Assembly: GCA_017307915.1 (NCBI GenBank)
Contig: JAFKGG010000364.1
Span: forward strand, 9,980 to 73,979
Direction: 5' to 3'
Origin: Burkholderiales bacterium
Lineage (GTDB): Bacteria; Pseudomonadota; Gammaproteobacteria; Burkholderiales; Burkholderiaceae_E
Length of the DNA: 64,000 nucleotides
In this document: piece by piece, positions 26,995 to 36,292 of the stretch
Layout: every line of letters begins with the position of its first letter
How positions within the stretch are numbered: position 1 is the stretch's first letter
Position numbers and translations under genes: made by a program
Notes under the pieces: generated by a model
The model's database searches: none
What the model was told of the DNA's origin: nothing
Seen by the model: the letters and a program-made list of their open reading frames with translations, nothing else

Positions 26995-27544
26995 GCCCAC
27001 GCCCTAGGGCCCGTTCGCCCAGCGATGCCCATTGTCCGTCGCAATACAGCAGTGGCCGCTGCGCCGAGGAACTGGCCAGCGCACGAACGTCGCCGATCAG
27101 CAAGACATGCGTGCCGGCATCGATGGCCTGGTGCAGCGTGCAATCGAAAGTTGCCGCGGCATCGACCAGGGCGGGCGCGCCCGTCTGCAGCGCGGCCCAC
27201 TGGGCGTGCGCAAAACGGGCCTCGCCCTTGCAGGCGCCGGCGAACCGCGAGGCAATCGCCAACTGCTCATAACGCAATACGTTGACCGCGAAACTGCGCG
27301 CCTTTGCGATCAATGGATAGGCACTGGCCGTCTTGTTGACCGCCACCGCCAGCCGGGGCGGATCGGCCGACAGCGACATCACCGCCGTAGCGGTCAAGCC
27401 GCCCCTGACGCCGTCGGATTGCGCGGTGATCACGCAGACTGCGGCGGCCAAGCGCCGCATGCCGAAGCGAAAACCTTCCGGCGAAAGGTATTGTGCGGCT
27501 TCCTTCGCGGGGTCTCGATCTTCCATCATCGTCATGCCTGCCAT
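26582..27544 (-). CDS. Flavin reductase (HpaC/NtaB-like). Domain ends near 27010; frame lacks a normal stop and runs about 410 bp antisense into dadA
   Basis: FRFGMRRLAAAVCVIT, GLTATAVMSLSADPP, FAVNVL, GTHVLLIG, PLLYCDGQW. Confidence 0.85.
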   Translation of the reverse strand: MAGMTMMEDRDPAKEAAQYLSPEGFRFGMRRLAAAVCVITAQSDGVRGGLTATAVMSLSADPPRLAVAVNKTASAYPLIAKARSFAVNVLRYEQLAIASRFAGACKGEARFAHAQWAALQTGAPALVDAAATFDCTLHQAIDAGTHVLLIGDVRALASSSAQRPLLYCDGQWASLGERALGRGLRCWRAAESGLARRRSNRRPAAAHPLPARVRPSDRPMRAPSRRHASSPACRGRCSGTDWHSGWRRCRARSTAWSGAARSSIPPSRYRRRRGTAAACGARWLRSASCSMSGHSRPARRCRRCAGDRPAARTPASSRRR

Positions 27545-27553
27545 TGCCGATGA

Positions 27554-28864
27554 TCAACTCAGCAAGTTGCCGCGCAGCGTGCTGGCTTCATAGGCGGTTC
27601 GGAACACACCGCGCTTTTGCAGCAGCGGCACCACGTGGTCGACGAAATTCTCGACGCTGTCGGGATTGGTGGTGGGGCTCAGATTGAAACCCAGGCAGCC
27701 GGTTTCCCGCCAGATGCGCTCGATCTCGTCGGCAACCCGTTCGGGCGTGCCGATGATCTGCGGAATCGCCGGCGACAGCGCCCACTTCCTGGCCACTTCG
27801 CGCAAGGTGGCCGGCTCGCCCCGCTCATTGGTCATGGCCGCAGCCATCAGACCGCGCGAACCCTGCGATTCGGCACTGTCGGACAAGGGTTTGTCGGGGT
27901 CATACTGGCTCAGATCGATGCCGAACACGCCCGACATGCGCGCCAGGTTCGCTTCGAGCGGAATGCGCTCGATCAACTGCTGCGCCCGCGCCTTGGCCTC
28001 GGCGTCGGTGCTGCCGACGATGGGCTGCAATCCGAAAATGACCGGCGGCACCGCAACGCCGCAGCGCTGCGCCTCGGCCTTGAACTGCGCCATCACCTTC
28101 TTCATGCCGGCCACGTGGTTCTGGATCGAGAAGATGACTTCAGCATGCTTCATCGCGAACTGGATGCCGCGCCCCGACGAGCCGGCCTGGAACAGCACCG
28201 GACGGCCATGCGGCGAGGACAGCGTGGGGCCCACACCCTTGCACCTGAAATACTTGCCTTCGAAATCGACGAGCTTGATTCGTTCGGGGTCTGCAAACCG
28301 GCCCGATTGCCGGTCCCGCAACACCGCATCGGCCGGCACGCCATCCCATAGCTGGTAGCAGATCTCCATGAACTCGTCGGCCATGTCATAGCGCTCGTCA
28401 TGTTCGATCTGGCGGCCCAGGCCGCAGGCCAGGTGCTCGGCGCGGCTGAAGCCGGAAACGATGTTCCAGCCCACCCGGCCCTTGCTCAGATAGTTCAGCG
28501 TCGAGATGCGACGGCTGGCCAGATAGGGCGACGTGCCATTGGTCGACAGCGTCACGCACAGGCCAAGATGCCGCGTGGCCGCACTCATCACCGCCACCAG
28601 CGGCATCGGATCATGATTGGGCCAGATCACGCCCCATTGCACCGACGGCTTCACGCTGTTCATGTAGACGCCATGGGTCGCCGGGCTGTCGGCAAAGAAC
28701 ACGCCGTCGAAGCAGCCGCGCTCCAGCGTGCGGGCCATGTCCTGCCAATAAGCGTAGTCTTCGAGCCCGTCGAGCTGGCGGTCGGCCGGATCGGCCCAGG
28801 ACATCAAGGTGTGCGTGATGCCGGTGTGAAGCAGCATCTGGAACAGATGGATTTGCGACGACAT
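27554..28864 (-). CDS. NtaA/DszA/SnaA-family FMNH2-dependent monooxygenase
   Basis: FDGVFFADS, GRVGWNIVSG, HDERY..ADEF, LFQAGSSGRG, VVPLLQKRG. Confidence 0.92.
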   Translation of the reverse strand: MSSQIHLFQMLLHTGITHTLMSWADPADRQLDGLEDYAYWQDMARTLERGCFDGVFFADSPATHGVYMNSVKPSVQWGVIWPNHDPMPLVAVMSAATRHLGLCVTLSTNGTSPYLASRRISTLNYLSKGRVGWNIVSGFSRAEHLACGLGRQIEHDERYDMADEFMEICYQLWDGVPADAVLRDRQSGRFADPERIKLVDFEGKYFRCKGVGPTLSSPHGRPVLFQAGSSGRGIQFAMKHAEVIFSIQNHVAGMKKVMAQFKAEAQRCGVAVPPVIFGLQPIVGSTDAEAKARAQQLIERIPLEANLARMSGVFGIDLSQYDPDKPLSDSAESQGSRGLMAAAMTNERGEPATLREVARKWALSPAIPQIIGTPERVADEIERIWRETGCLGFNLSPTTNPDSVENFVDHVVPLLQKRGVFRTAYEASTLRGNLLS

Positions 28865-28909
28865 GCCTGGCCTCCTGCAGCGGCGATGGGCGATACGGCG
28901 CGGCCGCGC

Positions 28910-29863
28910 CTATTGCGGTTGAATGCCTGCGTTGCGGGCCGCTTCGGTCCACAAGTTCAATTGCGCCGCGACGAAATCCGGAAAACTGACGCTGCCCAGA
29001 TTGATCGGATCCAGGCCCAGCAGCTTGAACTTCTCCAGCGTGTCCGGGTCGTTTCTCGCCTTGCGCAGCCGCTCGCGAAGCCAGGTCACCGCCTCGGACG
29101 GCATGTCTTTGGGGCCGCAGACGCCGGCCCAGGCCATCACGTCGATGGCCGGCTTGCCCAGCTCGACCAGCGAAGGCACGTCCGGCAGGCTGATCGAACG
29201 CCTGGGCGCGATCACGGCCAACGCCTTGACCTTGCCGGTTCTGACCATCGGCGCGGTCACGCCGGTGTCGGTCACGCCGAACGACACGCGGTTCTGGGAA
29301 AGATCGTTCAGGCCTTCCTGCGTGGCCTTGTAGGGCACCGGCAGGGCCTTCAGGCCGATGGCCCGGGTCAGCGAAGCCGCCAGCACCTGCGCGGTCGCGT
29401 TCGAATACATGTAGCTGAGCTTGTCCGGATTGGCCGCCGAATGCCTGATCAGCTCGTCGAGCGACGTGAAGCCCAGCTCGGGCGCCGATGACACGACGTA
29501 GGTATAGGAGGCCAGCGGCTCGATGAAAGTGAAATCGCTGGTCGTGTCGTACGGCAAGGATTTCATCAGCGACGTGGCCGCCGAGTTGATCGATGCGCTG
29601 CAGATGCCGATCGTGTAGCCGTCGGCCGGGCTCTTGACCAGCGTGGTGGTGCCGATCACGCCCACCGCGCCCGGAATGTTCCGGATCACGAAGCGGGCCG
29701 AGTGCTCTCTATGGACCACATCGGTGATCACCCGGACGAGCTGGTCGGCACCCGATCCGGGTGCGTATTGAACGATGAAGCTGATCGGCCGCGACGGAAA
29801 TTCCTGGGCCGTCGCGCTCAAGGCCGCGCAACCCAGAAGCAGGGATGAAATCAAGTGGCGCAT
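28910..29863 (-). CDS. Bug/TctC tripartite tricarboxylate transporter substrate-binding protein
   Basis: Signal peptide, FPSRPISFIVQYAPGSGAD, PADGYT, PYKA. Confidence 0.9.
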   Translation of the reverse strand: MRHLISSLLLGCAALSATAQEFPSRPISFIVQYAPGSGADQLVRVITDVVHREHSARFVIRNIPGAVGVIGTTTLVKSPADGYTIGICSASINSAATSLMKSLPYDTTSDFTFIEPLASYTYVVSSAPELGFTSLDELIRHSAANPDKLSYMYSNATAQVLAASLTRAIGLKALPVPYKATQEGLNDLSQNRVSFGVTDTGVTAPMVRTGKVKALAVIAPRRSISLPDVPSLVELGKPAIDVMAWAGVCGPKDMPSEAVTWLRERLRKARNDPDTLEKFKLLGLDPINLGSVSFPDFVAAQLNLWTEAARNAGIQPQ

Positions 29864-29893
29864 GGCAGTCTCCTCGGGTTGATTTTTTGTCTG

Positions 29894-30403
29894 TCACCGG
29901 ATCAGCGATCTCACCCAGTCCTCGCCGATGCCGTTTTCCTTGCAGTGCTTCATGTAGCGATCGAGCCGCAGATAGACGTCGTCGTAGCTCGTCACGTTGC
30001 CCTGCGGATCGAGGTGAATCACGGGCCCGTAGACGTGGAACAGCGCCGTCATGTGCCCGACCTCGGGATCGATGAACAAGGTGTGGATGTGCCCCGCAGG
30101 CTCGTAGACGAAGCTGCCGGGCTTGGCGAGCCAGTCATGCTCGCGATAGCCCCAGGAACCGTCGATGGTCCATGCCGTCACCGCGGCGGCATGCCGGTGC
30201 CGCTGGATGGTTCCCTTGCCCTCGGCCTTCAGCAGGCTGACCCAGCCGCCGTTGGTGACGTCGAACAATACCGGCCGCACCATGCCGCGCAGCGGGTGCT
30301 CGTTGCCGACGTTGGGCAGCGGATACCACTTGCCGTCCATCGTCATCACGTCGGGCAGAAACATCTCGGGCCGCGTGAAAGCAGAGTTCTGAATGTTGAT
30401 CAT
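29894..30403 (-). CDS. Cupin, 2,4'-dihydroxyacetophenone dioxygenase (DAD)-like family
   Basis: RHRH...GSWGYREHDW...YEPAGHIHTL cupin His/Glu metal motifs. Confidence 0.82.
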   Translation of the reverse strand: MINIQNSAFTRPEMFLPDVMTMDGKWYPLPNVGNEHPLRGMVRPVLFDVTNGGWVSLLKAEGKGTIQRHRHAAAVTAWTIDGSWGYREHDWLAKPGSFVYEPAGHIHTLFIDPEVGHMTALFHVYGPVIHLDPQGNVTSYDDVYLRLDRYMKHCKENGIGEDWVRSLIR

Positions 30404-30428
30404 GGTGCCGCTGCTCCATTGCCAGGGT

Positions 30429-31616
30429 TCAAACGAGGCGCTTCGCTCGCCATTCGTCGATTTGCGCTTCGGTGAAGCCCGCCTTCAGCAGGCGTTGCTG
30501 CGTGTCGCGGCCCAGTACGGGCGCGGCGCGATGCACCGTCGGCGGGTCGGAACTGAACCGGATCGGCGCCCGCACCTCGCGCAGGCTGCCGAGCTTGTCG
30601 TGCTGCGTCTCGATGACCAGGCCCGGAATGCGCGCGCTGAAGAAATCCAATGAATCCTTGATGCTCAGCACCGGCGCCGCGATCACCTCATGCCGCGAGA
30701 GAATCGCCAGCCATTCGTCGCGCGGCTTGCTGCCGAAGATCGGCCGCAGCACCTCGGCCAGCGCGGCGCGGTGCTTGACGCGATCCCAGTTCTCCTTGAA
30801 GCGCGCGTCTTCGATCAGATCTAGACGTTCGATGGCAGTGCACAGCTGCCGCCACGATGCCCGGTGAAAGGCGCCGACGACCAGGTACAGGCCATCAGAA
30901 GCCTCGAACGCCTGATAGGGCGCCAGCTGCGGGTGGCCGCTGCCTTGCCGCGTGAAACGCGGGTTGCCGTTCAGCACGCTGACCAGATAGTTCGGCATCA
31001 GCGCGTAGGACGCCTCCAGCAGCGAGACCTGCACGTGCTCGCCGACGCCGGTCTGCTCGCGCTTGAACAGAGCGGCGAGAATGCCGATCGTCGACAGCAT
31101 GGCCGCCGAGGCATCGACCACCGGCGTGCCCGCCTTCGAAGGGCCGCTGTCAGGCTCGCCGGTCACGTCCATCATGCCGGAATAGGCCTGGCCGATGATG
31201 TCGTTGCCGCCGTCTTCCTCCATGCCCTGCGCGCCGCCGAACGCGGTCACCGAGCAATAGACGATGCGCGGATTGATCTTGCTGATCTGCGCATAGTCCA
31301 GTCCCCATTCGGCCATTCGATGCGAGCGGAAATTCTCGATCAGCACGTCGCAGTCGGCGGCCAGCTCACGCACGATGCGCTGGCCGACCTCGGTGCGGAT
31401 GTCGGCCGTGACGCTTTCCTTGCCGCGGTTGATGCCGAGGAAATAGCCGCTTTCGCCCTTGCCCACGTAATCGTCGGTGAAGCGGATCAGATCGCCGCGG
31501 CCCGGCTTTTCGATCTTGATCACCTGCGCGCCCATCTCGCCCAGCAGCATCGCGCTGAACGGCGCGGCCAGCGCAGAGCCCAGATCCAGAATCTTCAAAC
31601 CCGATAGATGTGACAT
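30429..31616 (-). CDS. Class III CoA-transferase
   Basis: AAPFSAMLLGEMGAQVIKIE, NRGKES, ENFR, GTPVVD. Confidence 0.92.
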   Translation of the reverse strand: MSHLSGLKILDLGSALAAPFSAMLLGEMGAQVIKIEKPGRGDLIRFTDDYVGKGESGYFLGINRGKESVTADIRTEVGQRIVRELAADCDVLIENFRSHRMAEWGLDYAQISKINPRIVYCSVTAFGGAQGMEEDGGNDIIGQAYSGMMDVTGEPDSGPSKAGTPVVDASAAMLSTIGILAALFKREQTGVGEHVQVSLLEASYALMPNYLVSVLNGNPRFTRQGSGHPQLAPYQAFEASDGLYLVVGAFHRASWRQLCTAIERLDLIEDARFKENWDRVKHRAALAEVLRPIFGSKPRDEWLAILSRHEVIAAPVLSIKDSLDFFSARIPGLVIETQHDKLGSLREVRAPIRFSSDPPTVHRAAPVLGRDTQQRLLKAGFTEAQIDEWRAKRLV

Positions 31617-31656
31617 GGCGATTCCAGGCGCTCAGGCCAGCGAGACATTGGCGTCA

Positions 31657-32517
31657 TCACGAAGAGAAATGGGCCTTGGCCCGTTGCAGGGCTTCGGCCA
31701 TTCCGTGATCGCGGGCCTGTTTGAGAAAGTTGAACTCTCCATCGCGAAAGTGCAGGTTGCTGGCCCAGGCCCCGACCGCGTTGGCCGTGGCAAAGCCCAT
31801 GCCGATCTGCATCTTTTCCAGCGAAGCGAAGACGACGTGCTTTTCGGCGACGATGGCGTCGCGCATCACCTGCGCGCAAACGCCGGCGGTCTGCGCGACG
31901 CGGGCCGACAGCTCGCCGGCGGGCACCACCTCGTCGACCAGGCCGTAGTCGCTGGCCTGCCGCGCGTTCCACGACAGCCCGAACAGCATCAGCTCCTTGG
32001 CGCGCTTGAGCCCGACCGCGGCCACCAGCAGCGAGATGTCGCCGTCGACCCCGAGATGGCGCCAGCGCGCGTTGTCGAAACGGGCGGTGTCGGCGGCCAG
32101 CACCAGGTCGCAGCACAGCGCCAGATACAGGCCGACTTCCGAACACGCACCCTGCGCCGCCAGCACGGTCACCTTGGGACAGCGCAGCAAGCGCATGTAC
32201 AGCCCGTCGGGGCCCCACCACAACTCGGACAACGCGAGCAGCCGCGCACGCTGGCTAGGCACCTTGCGGGCACGCCCACCCGGTGCGTCGCGAAAGAGGG
32301 TTTCCAGCTCGGCGGGATCGAAGCCGCAGGTCAGATCCTCGCCGGCCCCCTCGATGACGATCACCTTGATGTCATCGTCCATCGAGAACGCCTTGATCGC
32401 CTGCGCCATGGCACGCGCGATCTCGATCGAGATCAGGTTGCCCGAGCCGGCGCGATCGATCGTGATGCGGCCCAGATGCTGGTCGGATTCGCGGCGAATC
32501 CGCAGGTGGCGGGTCAT
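31657..32517 (-). CDS. Crotonase-fold protein, paralog 3 (degenerate)
   Basis: DDDIKVIVIEGAG, PKVTVLAAQGAC, CDLVLAAD, GLKRAKELM, YGLVDEVVP; no canonical Glu pair. Confidence 0.85.
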   Translation of the reverse strand: MTRHLRIRRESDQHLGRITIDRAGSGNLISIEIARAMAQAIKAFSMDDDIKVIVIEGAGEDLTCGFDPAELETLFRDAPGGRARKVPSQRARLLALSELWWGPDGLYMRLLRCPKVTVLAAQGACSEVGLYLALCCDLVLAADTARFDNARWRHLGVDGDISLLVAAVGLKRAKELMLFGLSWNARQASDYGLVDEVVPAGELSARVAQTAGVCAQVMRDAIVAEKHVVFASLEKMQIGMGFATANAVGAWASNLHFRDGEFNFLKQARDHGMAEALQRAKAHFSS

Positions 32518-33221
32518 GATGCGCCCCCGCCGGTCATCACCTGCGCGAACAGGCCGGCCGCATCGAAATCGGTGCCTGCACCCTGCGCATCGAGCAGGGC
32601 TTCGATCTGGATCTTCGACATCGCGATGCCGTCCAGCGGCGTTCTGGCAGCAGCGTGCGCCATCTGCAGGGCAAGCGCGTCGACTGCAGCCACATCCTCG
32701 ATACGGTTGACCAGGCCGCGCTCGCAAGCCTGCCGGGCGCTCCATGGCTGGCCCGCGAGCATCCATGACTTTGCCCGGTTCAGGCGGACAGTCAGCGCGG
32801 CCAATACCAGATTGGCTTCGGGCAGCCGCTCGAACGGGGAACCGAACTCGCTGTCGGCCGCGCACACCGTATGGTCGGAGCACAGCACCAGCATGCTTCC
32901 CGCGTCGTGGCATCGGCCGCGCACCGCGGTGACGACGATCTTCTTGCAGAAAGCCAGGCTCTGATACAGCCCGTTGCAAGCGGCATAGGCAGCGTGCCAC
33001 GCCGCGCCGAACGGCGGCGAGACACAGGCATCGGCGCCGAGCGGCGGCGCGAAGTCGTTTCCCGTCGAGCGCAGCACCAGCGCCTTCACCTCGTCGCTGT
33101 CGGCCAGCTCGACCACGGCATCGCGCAGGGCCGCGGCGAACGCCACGTCATGCCGGCTCAATGCGCCGTAGTCGGTTGCACTGAGCACCGCCACCGGCCC
33201 GTCGCGCTTGACGTCGATCAT
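32514..33221 (-). CDS. Crotonase-fold protein, paralog 2 (strongly degenerate, short)
   Basis: DEVKALVLRSTG, KKIVVTAVRG.C, SDHTVCA, RGLVNRI; FAPPLG replaces the FCAGAD oxyanion motif. Confidence 0.8.
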   Translation of the reverse strand: MIDVKRDGPVAVLSATDYGALSRHDVAFAAALRDAVVELADSDEVKALVLRSTGNDFAPPLGADACVSPPFGAAWHAAYAACNGLYQSLAFCKKIVVTAVRGRCHDAGSMLVLCSDHTVCAADSEFGSPFERLPEANLVLAALTVRLNRAKSWMLAGQPWSARQACERGLVNRIEDVAAVDALALQMAHAAARTPLDGIAMSKIQIEALLDAQGAGTDFDAAGLFAQVMTGGGAS

Positions 33222-34141
33222 GGCGCTGCCTCCGGGCCGGCAGCGGCCTTCGCGGCTATCGCAGCGGCCAGCCTCGCCTTGTCGGCATCCAATGCCCCCC
33301 TGACGCCGGATTGCTTCACCTGCGTCCAGAAGTGCGCCTCATCGTCGGCCGATTGCAGGAAGTGCGAGAACAGCAACCCGCAGATTTCGCGCACGTTCGT
33401 GCCGAAGACCGATTCCGCCAGGCCGGCACGCGTTTTCAGGTAGGCCAGCCGCTGCGCCGGACCATCGGCCAGCCGGCGCGCCAGCGCCTGCACGCCGGCG
33501 GCCAGTTGATCGTCGGGCAGACACTCATGGGCCAGGCCGAGCTTGCAGGCCTCGGGCCCGGTCATCGGCAGGCCGCTGTAGCCGAAGCGGCGGGCGGCCT
33601 TGGTACCCACGATGCGGTTGATGTGCACCGCCGACACGGCGCCGGCCGGACCCAGGAAGCGGGCTTCGAGCGCGCCGATCCTGGCGCTTTCGGAAACCAT
33701 CACCAGATCGCAGCGCGTGCCGATCATGAAGTACGCCGCAGCCGCGCAGTAGCCGTGCAGTTGCAGCAGCGTGACCTTGGTGCTGCGCGTCAACGCCTGG
33801 CTGAAGCCCTGCCGGCCGTAGTTGAGATCGCCGGCGTAGCGATTTGCCATCGACAGCGACATGCGCTTCTGTCCTGGCCTGCGCTGCCCCCAGTCTTCGT
33901 TGATCTCGTTGCCGCTACAGAAGGATTTGCCGTTGCCGGCGATCACGATCACGCGCAGCTCGTCGTCGGCATCGCACTGCCTGAGCAATTCCATCAGACG
34001 CAGCCGCATCGGCACCGTCATCGCGTTGTGCTTCTCGGGCCGGTTCAGCGTGATCCGCGCGATCCGGCCGTCGTCCGAACGTTCGAACAGCACCTGCCCG
34101 GTCGCCCGGGCGATGCTTTCCGGATTGCCGTAGACGTTCAT
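33218..34141 (-). CDS. Crotonase-fold protein, paralog 1
   Basis: ITLNRPEKHNAM, FCSGNE, GALE (one Glu retained), LGLAHE. Confidence 0.88.
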   Translation of the reverse strand: MNVYGNPESIARATGQVLFERSDDGRIARITLNRPEKHNAMTVPMRLRLMELLRQCDADDELRVIVIAGNGKSFCSGNEINEDWGQRRPGQKRMSLSMANRYAGDLNYGRQGFSQALTRSTKVTLLQLHGYCAAAAYFMIGTRCDLVMVSESARIGALEARFLGPAGAVSAVHINRIVGTKAARRFGYSGLPMTGPEACKLGLAHECLPDDQLAAGVQALARRLADGPAQRLAYLKTRAGLAESVFGTNVREICGLLFSHFLQSADDEAHFWTQVKQSGVRGALDADKARLAAAIAAKAAAGPEAAP

Positions 34142-35295
34142 CGAGCGGCTTCCGCCAAAGGCCGCGAGATGATCGTGTCGCCGTCGAGTTCGAACTGCGT
34201 CGCGATCTTCTGCGACGCGGTGATCTTCTTCATGTAGGCCAGCACCTCGAAGAACTCGGGCTCGTCGGTCCTGAGCAGCCGCGGCTGCGATTTCCGGTTG
34301 ATCATCGTCGGCTGCCAGCGCACGCGGGCCAGCTTGCGGTCGCTCACGTCGAGGTGAACGACCAGGCCCTTGCGCGAATCGACCGGGAACGGAAAGGTGG
34401 GATAGTCAGGATCGTGCGTCCAGCCCGGATGCAGCCGCTGCCGGCGTTCGATGCGCTCGGGCTTGTCCAGTTCGCCGGGCTGGTAATACATATCGAACGC
34501 AAAGTTGGCCATGCCGTAGAAGATCGGCCGGCCCTTGTAGATCTCGATCGGCTTCAGGATGTGCTGATGGTGGCCGAGAATGACGTCGGCACCCGCGTCG
34601 ATCGCGGCCTTTGCGTACTTCAGCTCGTAGGTGGCCAGCTCGCCTTCCCGGAAATGCAGGCCCCAGTGCATCGACACGATCACCACGTCGACCTGTTCGC
34701 GCAAGCTGCGGATGTCGGCCAGGATGTTGGCCAGGTCCTCGTCGTGCGGATAGGTCAGGATGCGCGGCGGCGTGCCCGGCTGGTCGGGTTCGAGCGTTTC
34801 GTAGATGGTGCGCGCCCGCGCCGGCGCACAGCCCGGACGATCGACGTCGGCCCAGTAACGGATCGGCAGGATCGAGCAATAGCCCAGCCAGCCGACGCGA
34901 TTGCCGTTGTGCTCGATGATCACCGGCTTGCGCGCCTCGGCCAGGTTGTCGCCGGCACCGAACAGGTGGATGCGATTGGCGCGAAAGTGCGCGATCGTGT
35001 CCTTGAACGCCGAGATGCCGTAATCCATGCAGTGATTGCTGGCAAACGACGCGATGTTGAAACCCGCCCGGCCGATGGCAGCAACGTTTTCCGGATCGCC
35101 GCGCAGCGGCGAAGAAGTGCCGCTGACGTTGACTTCGCCGAGTGTCGAATAGATGGCTTCGATCTGGCCGAAGGCGAGATCTGCCTGCTTCATCTGCGCA
35201 GACACCAGCTCGAAGATCGAGTCGGGCTCGTCCCGGTTGACCGCGATGTCGCCGACGGCAAAGATCCGCGTCGTGGAATTGGGGCGGGTGCTCAT
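34138..35295 (-). CDS. CapA/YwtB-family metallophosphoesterase-fold protein
   Basis: VGDI, DLAFGQIE, ASNHCMDYG, SMHWG, GHHQH, PIFYGMANF. Confidence 0.88.
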   Translation of the reverse strand: MSTRPNSTTRIFAVGDIAVNRDEPDSIFELVSAQMKQADLAFGQIEAIYSTLGEVNVSGTSSPLRGDPENVAAIGRAGFNIASFASNHCMDYGISAFKDTIAHFRANRIHLFGAGDNLAEARKPVIIEHNGNRVGWLGYCSILPIRYWADVDRPGCAPARARTIYETLEPDQPGTPPRILTYPHDEDLANILADIRSLREQVDVVIVSMHWGLHFREGELATYELKYAKAAIDAGADVILGHHQHILKPIEIYKGRPIFYGMANFAFDMYYQPGELDKPERIERRQRLHPGWTHDPDYPTFPFPVDSRKGLVVHLDVSDRKLARVRWQPTMINRKSQPRLLRTDEPEFFEVLAYMKKITASQKIATQFELDGDTIISRPLAEAAR

Positions 35296-35305
35296 GCTCA
35301 GGAAA

Positions 35306-36292
35306 TCACTCGGGTTGGATGTTCGCTTGCTTGACGACGCTGGCCCAGCGCCGGACTTCGGACTGCAGATAGGGATCGAATTCATCCGGACCGGCAGCAA
35401 CGACCCGCATGCCCTCGGCCGCCATGCGCTCGGTCACTTCGGGTTGCGCCAGCACTGCCGCAATGTCCTTCGCAAGCCGGTCGACGATAGGCTTGGGCGT
35501 TCCTGCACGCGTGATGATTCCGTACCAGGTCACCAGCTCGAATCCCTTCAGACCTGATTCGGCGACGGTCGGCAGCTCGGGCCACAACGGCGAACGATTG
35601 GCGCTGGTGATCGCGATCGCCTTGACGCGGCCGGACTTGGCATGCGGCAGGCCCGACAGCAGCGTGGTGAACATGAAATCGACGTCGCCGCGCATCACCG
35701 CCATCAGGGTCGGCGACCCGCCGGCATATGGAACGTGTACGGCGTCGATACCCGCCATCATGTTGAACATCACGCCGCCCAGATGGCCCGGCCCGCCCAG
35801 CCCCGGAGCGCCGAAGTTCAGGCTGCGGGTCTTGCCCAGCGCGATCAGGTCCCGCACGCTGTCAACCTTCAGGTTCGGATTCACGACCAGCAGATTGGGC
35901 GCCTCGACCATGTTGATCACGCCCGCGAAATCCTGCGGGAAGCGATAGGGCAAGGCCTTGCGCACGCTCGGATGCACGGCGTGCGAAGTGATGATGATCG
36001 CGAACGTGTAGCCGTCGGCAGGCGCCATCGTCAGCGCCTGGATGCCGATCGTGGCGTCGGCGCCGGGCTTGTTCTCGACCACCACCGGCTGTTTCCATTG
36101 CTCGGTCAGGCCCTTGCTCAACAGCCGCGCCAGCGAATCCGCGCCGCCGCCCGGCGTCCAGGAAACGATGAACCGGACGGCGTGGCCCGGAAACTCGGCC
36201 GCCCGGCCCAGACGCGGCATGGCGGCCAGCAGCGGCGCGCTCAGCGCGAGCTTGTTGAGGTGTCTGCGCGAGACCGGCATGGCTTTCCTCAT
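35306..36292 (-). CDS. Bug/TctC substrate-binding protein
   Basis: Tat-like SRRHL leader, PGGGAD, VENKPGA, PADGYT, HVPYAGG. Confidence 0.92.
   Translation of the reverse strand: MRKAMPVSRRHLNKLALSAPLLAAMPRLGRAAEFPGHAVRFIVSWTPGGGADSLARLLSKGLTEQWKQPVVVENKPGADATIGIQALTMAPADGYTFAIIITSHAVHPSVRKALPYRFPQDFAGVINMVEAPNLLVVNPNLKVDSVRDLIALGKTRSLNFGAPGLGGPGHLGGVMFNMMAGIDAVHVPYAGGSPTLMAVMRGDVDFMFTTLLSGLPHAKSGRVKAIAITSANRSPLWPELPTVAESGLKGFELVTWYGIITRAGTPKPIVDRLAKDIAAVLAQPEVTERMAAEGMRVVAAGPDEFDPYLQSEVRRWASVVKQANIQPE

Noticed and set aside
34138-35295. Poly-gamma-glutamate capsule locus
   Set aside because: No capB/capC and no membrane anchor; context is catabolic.
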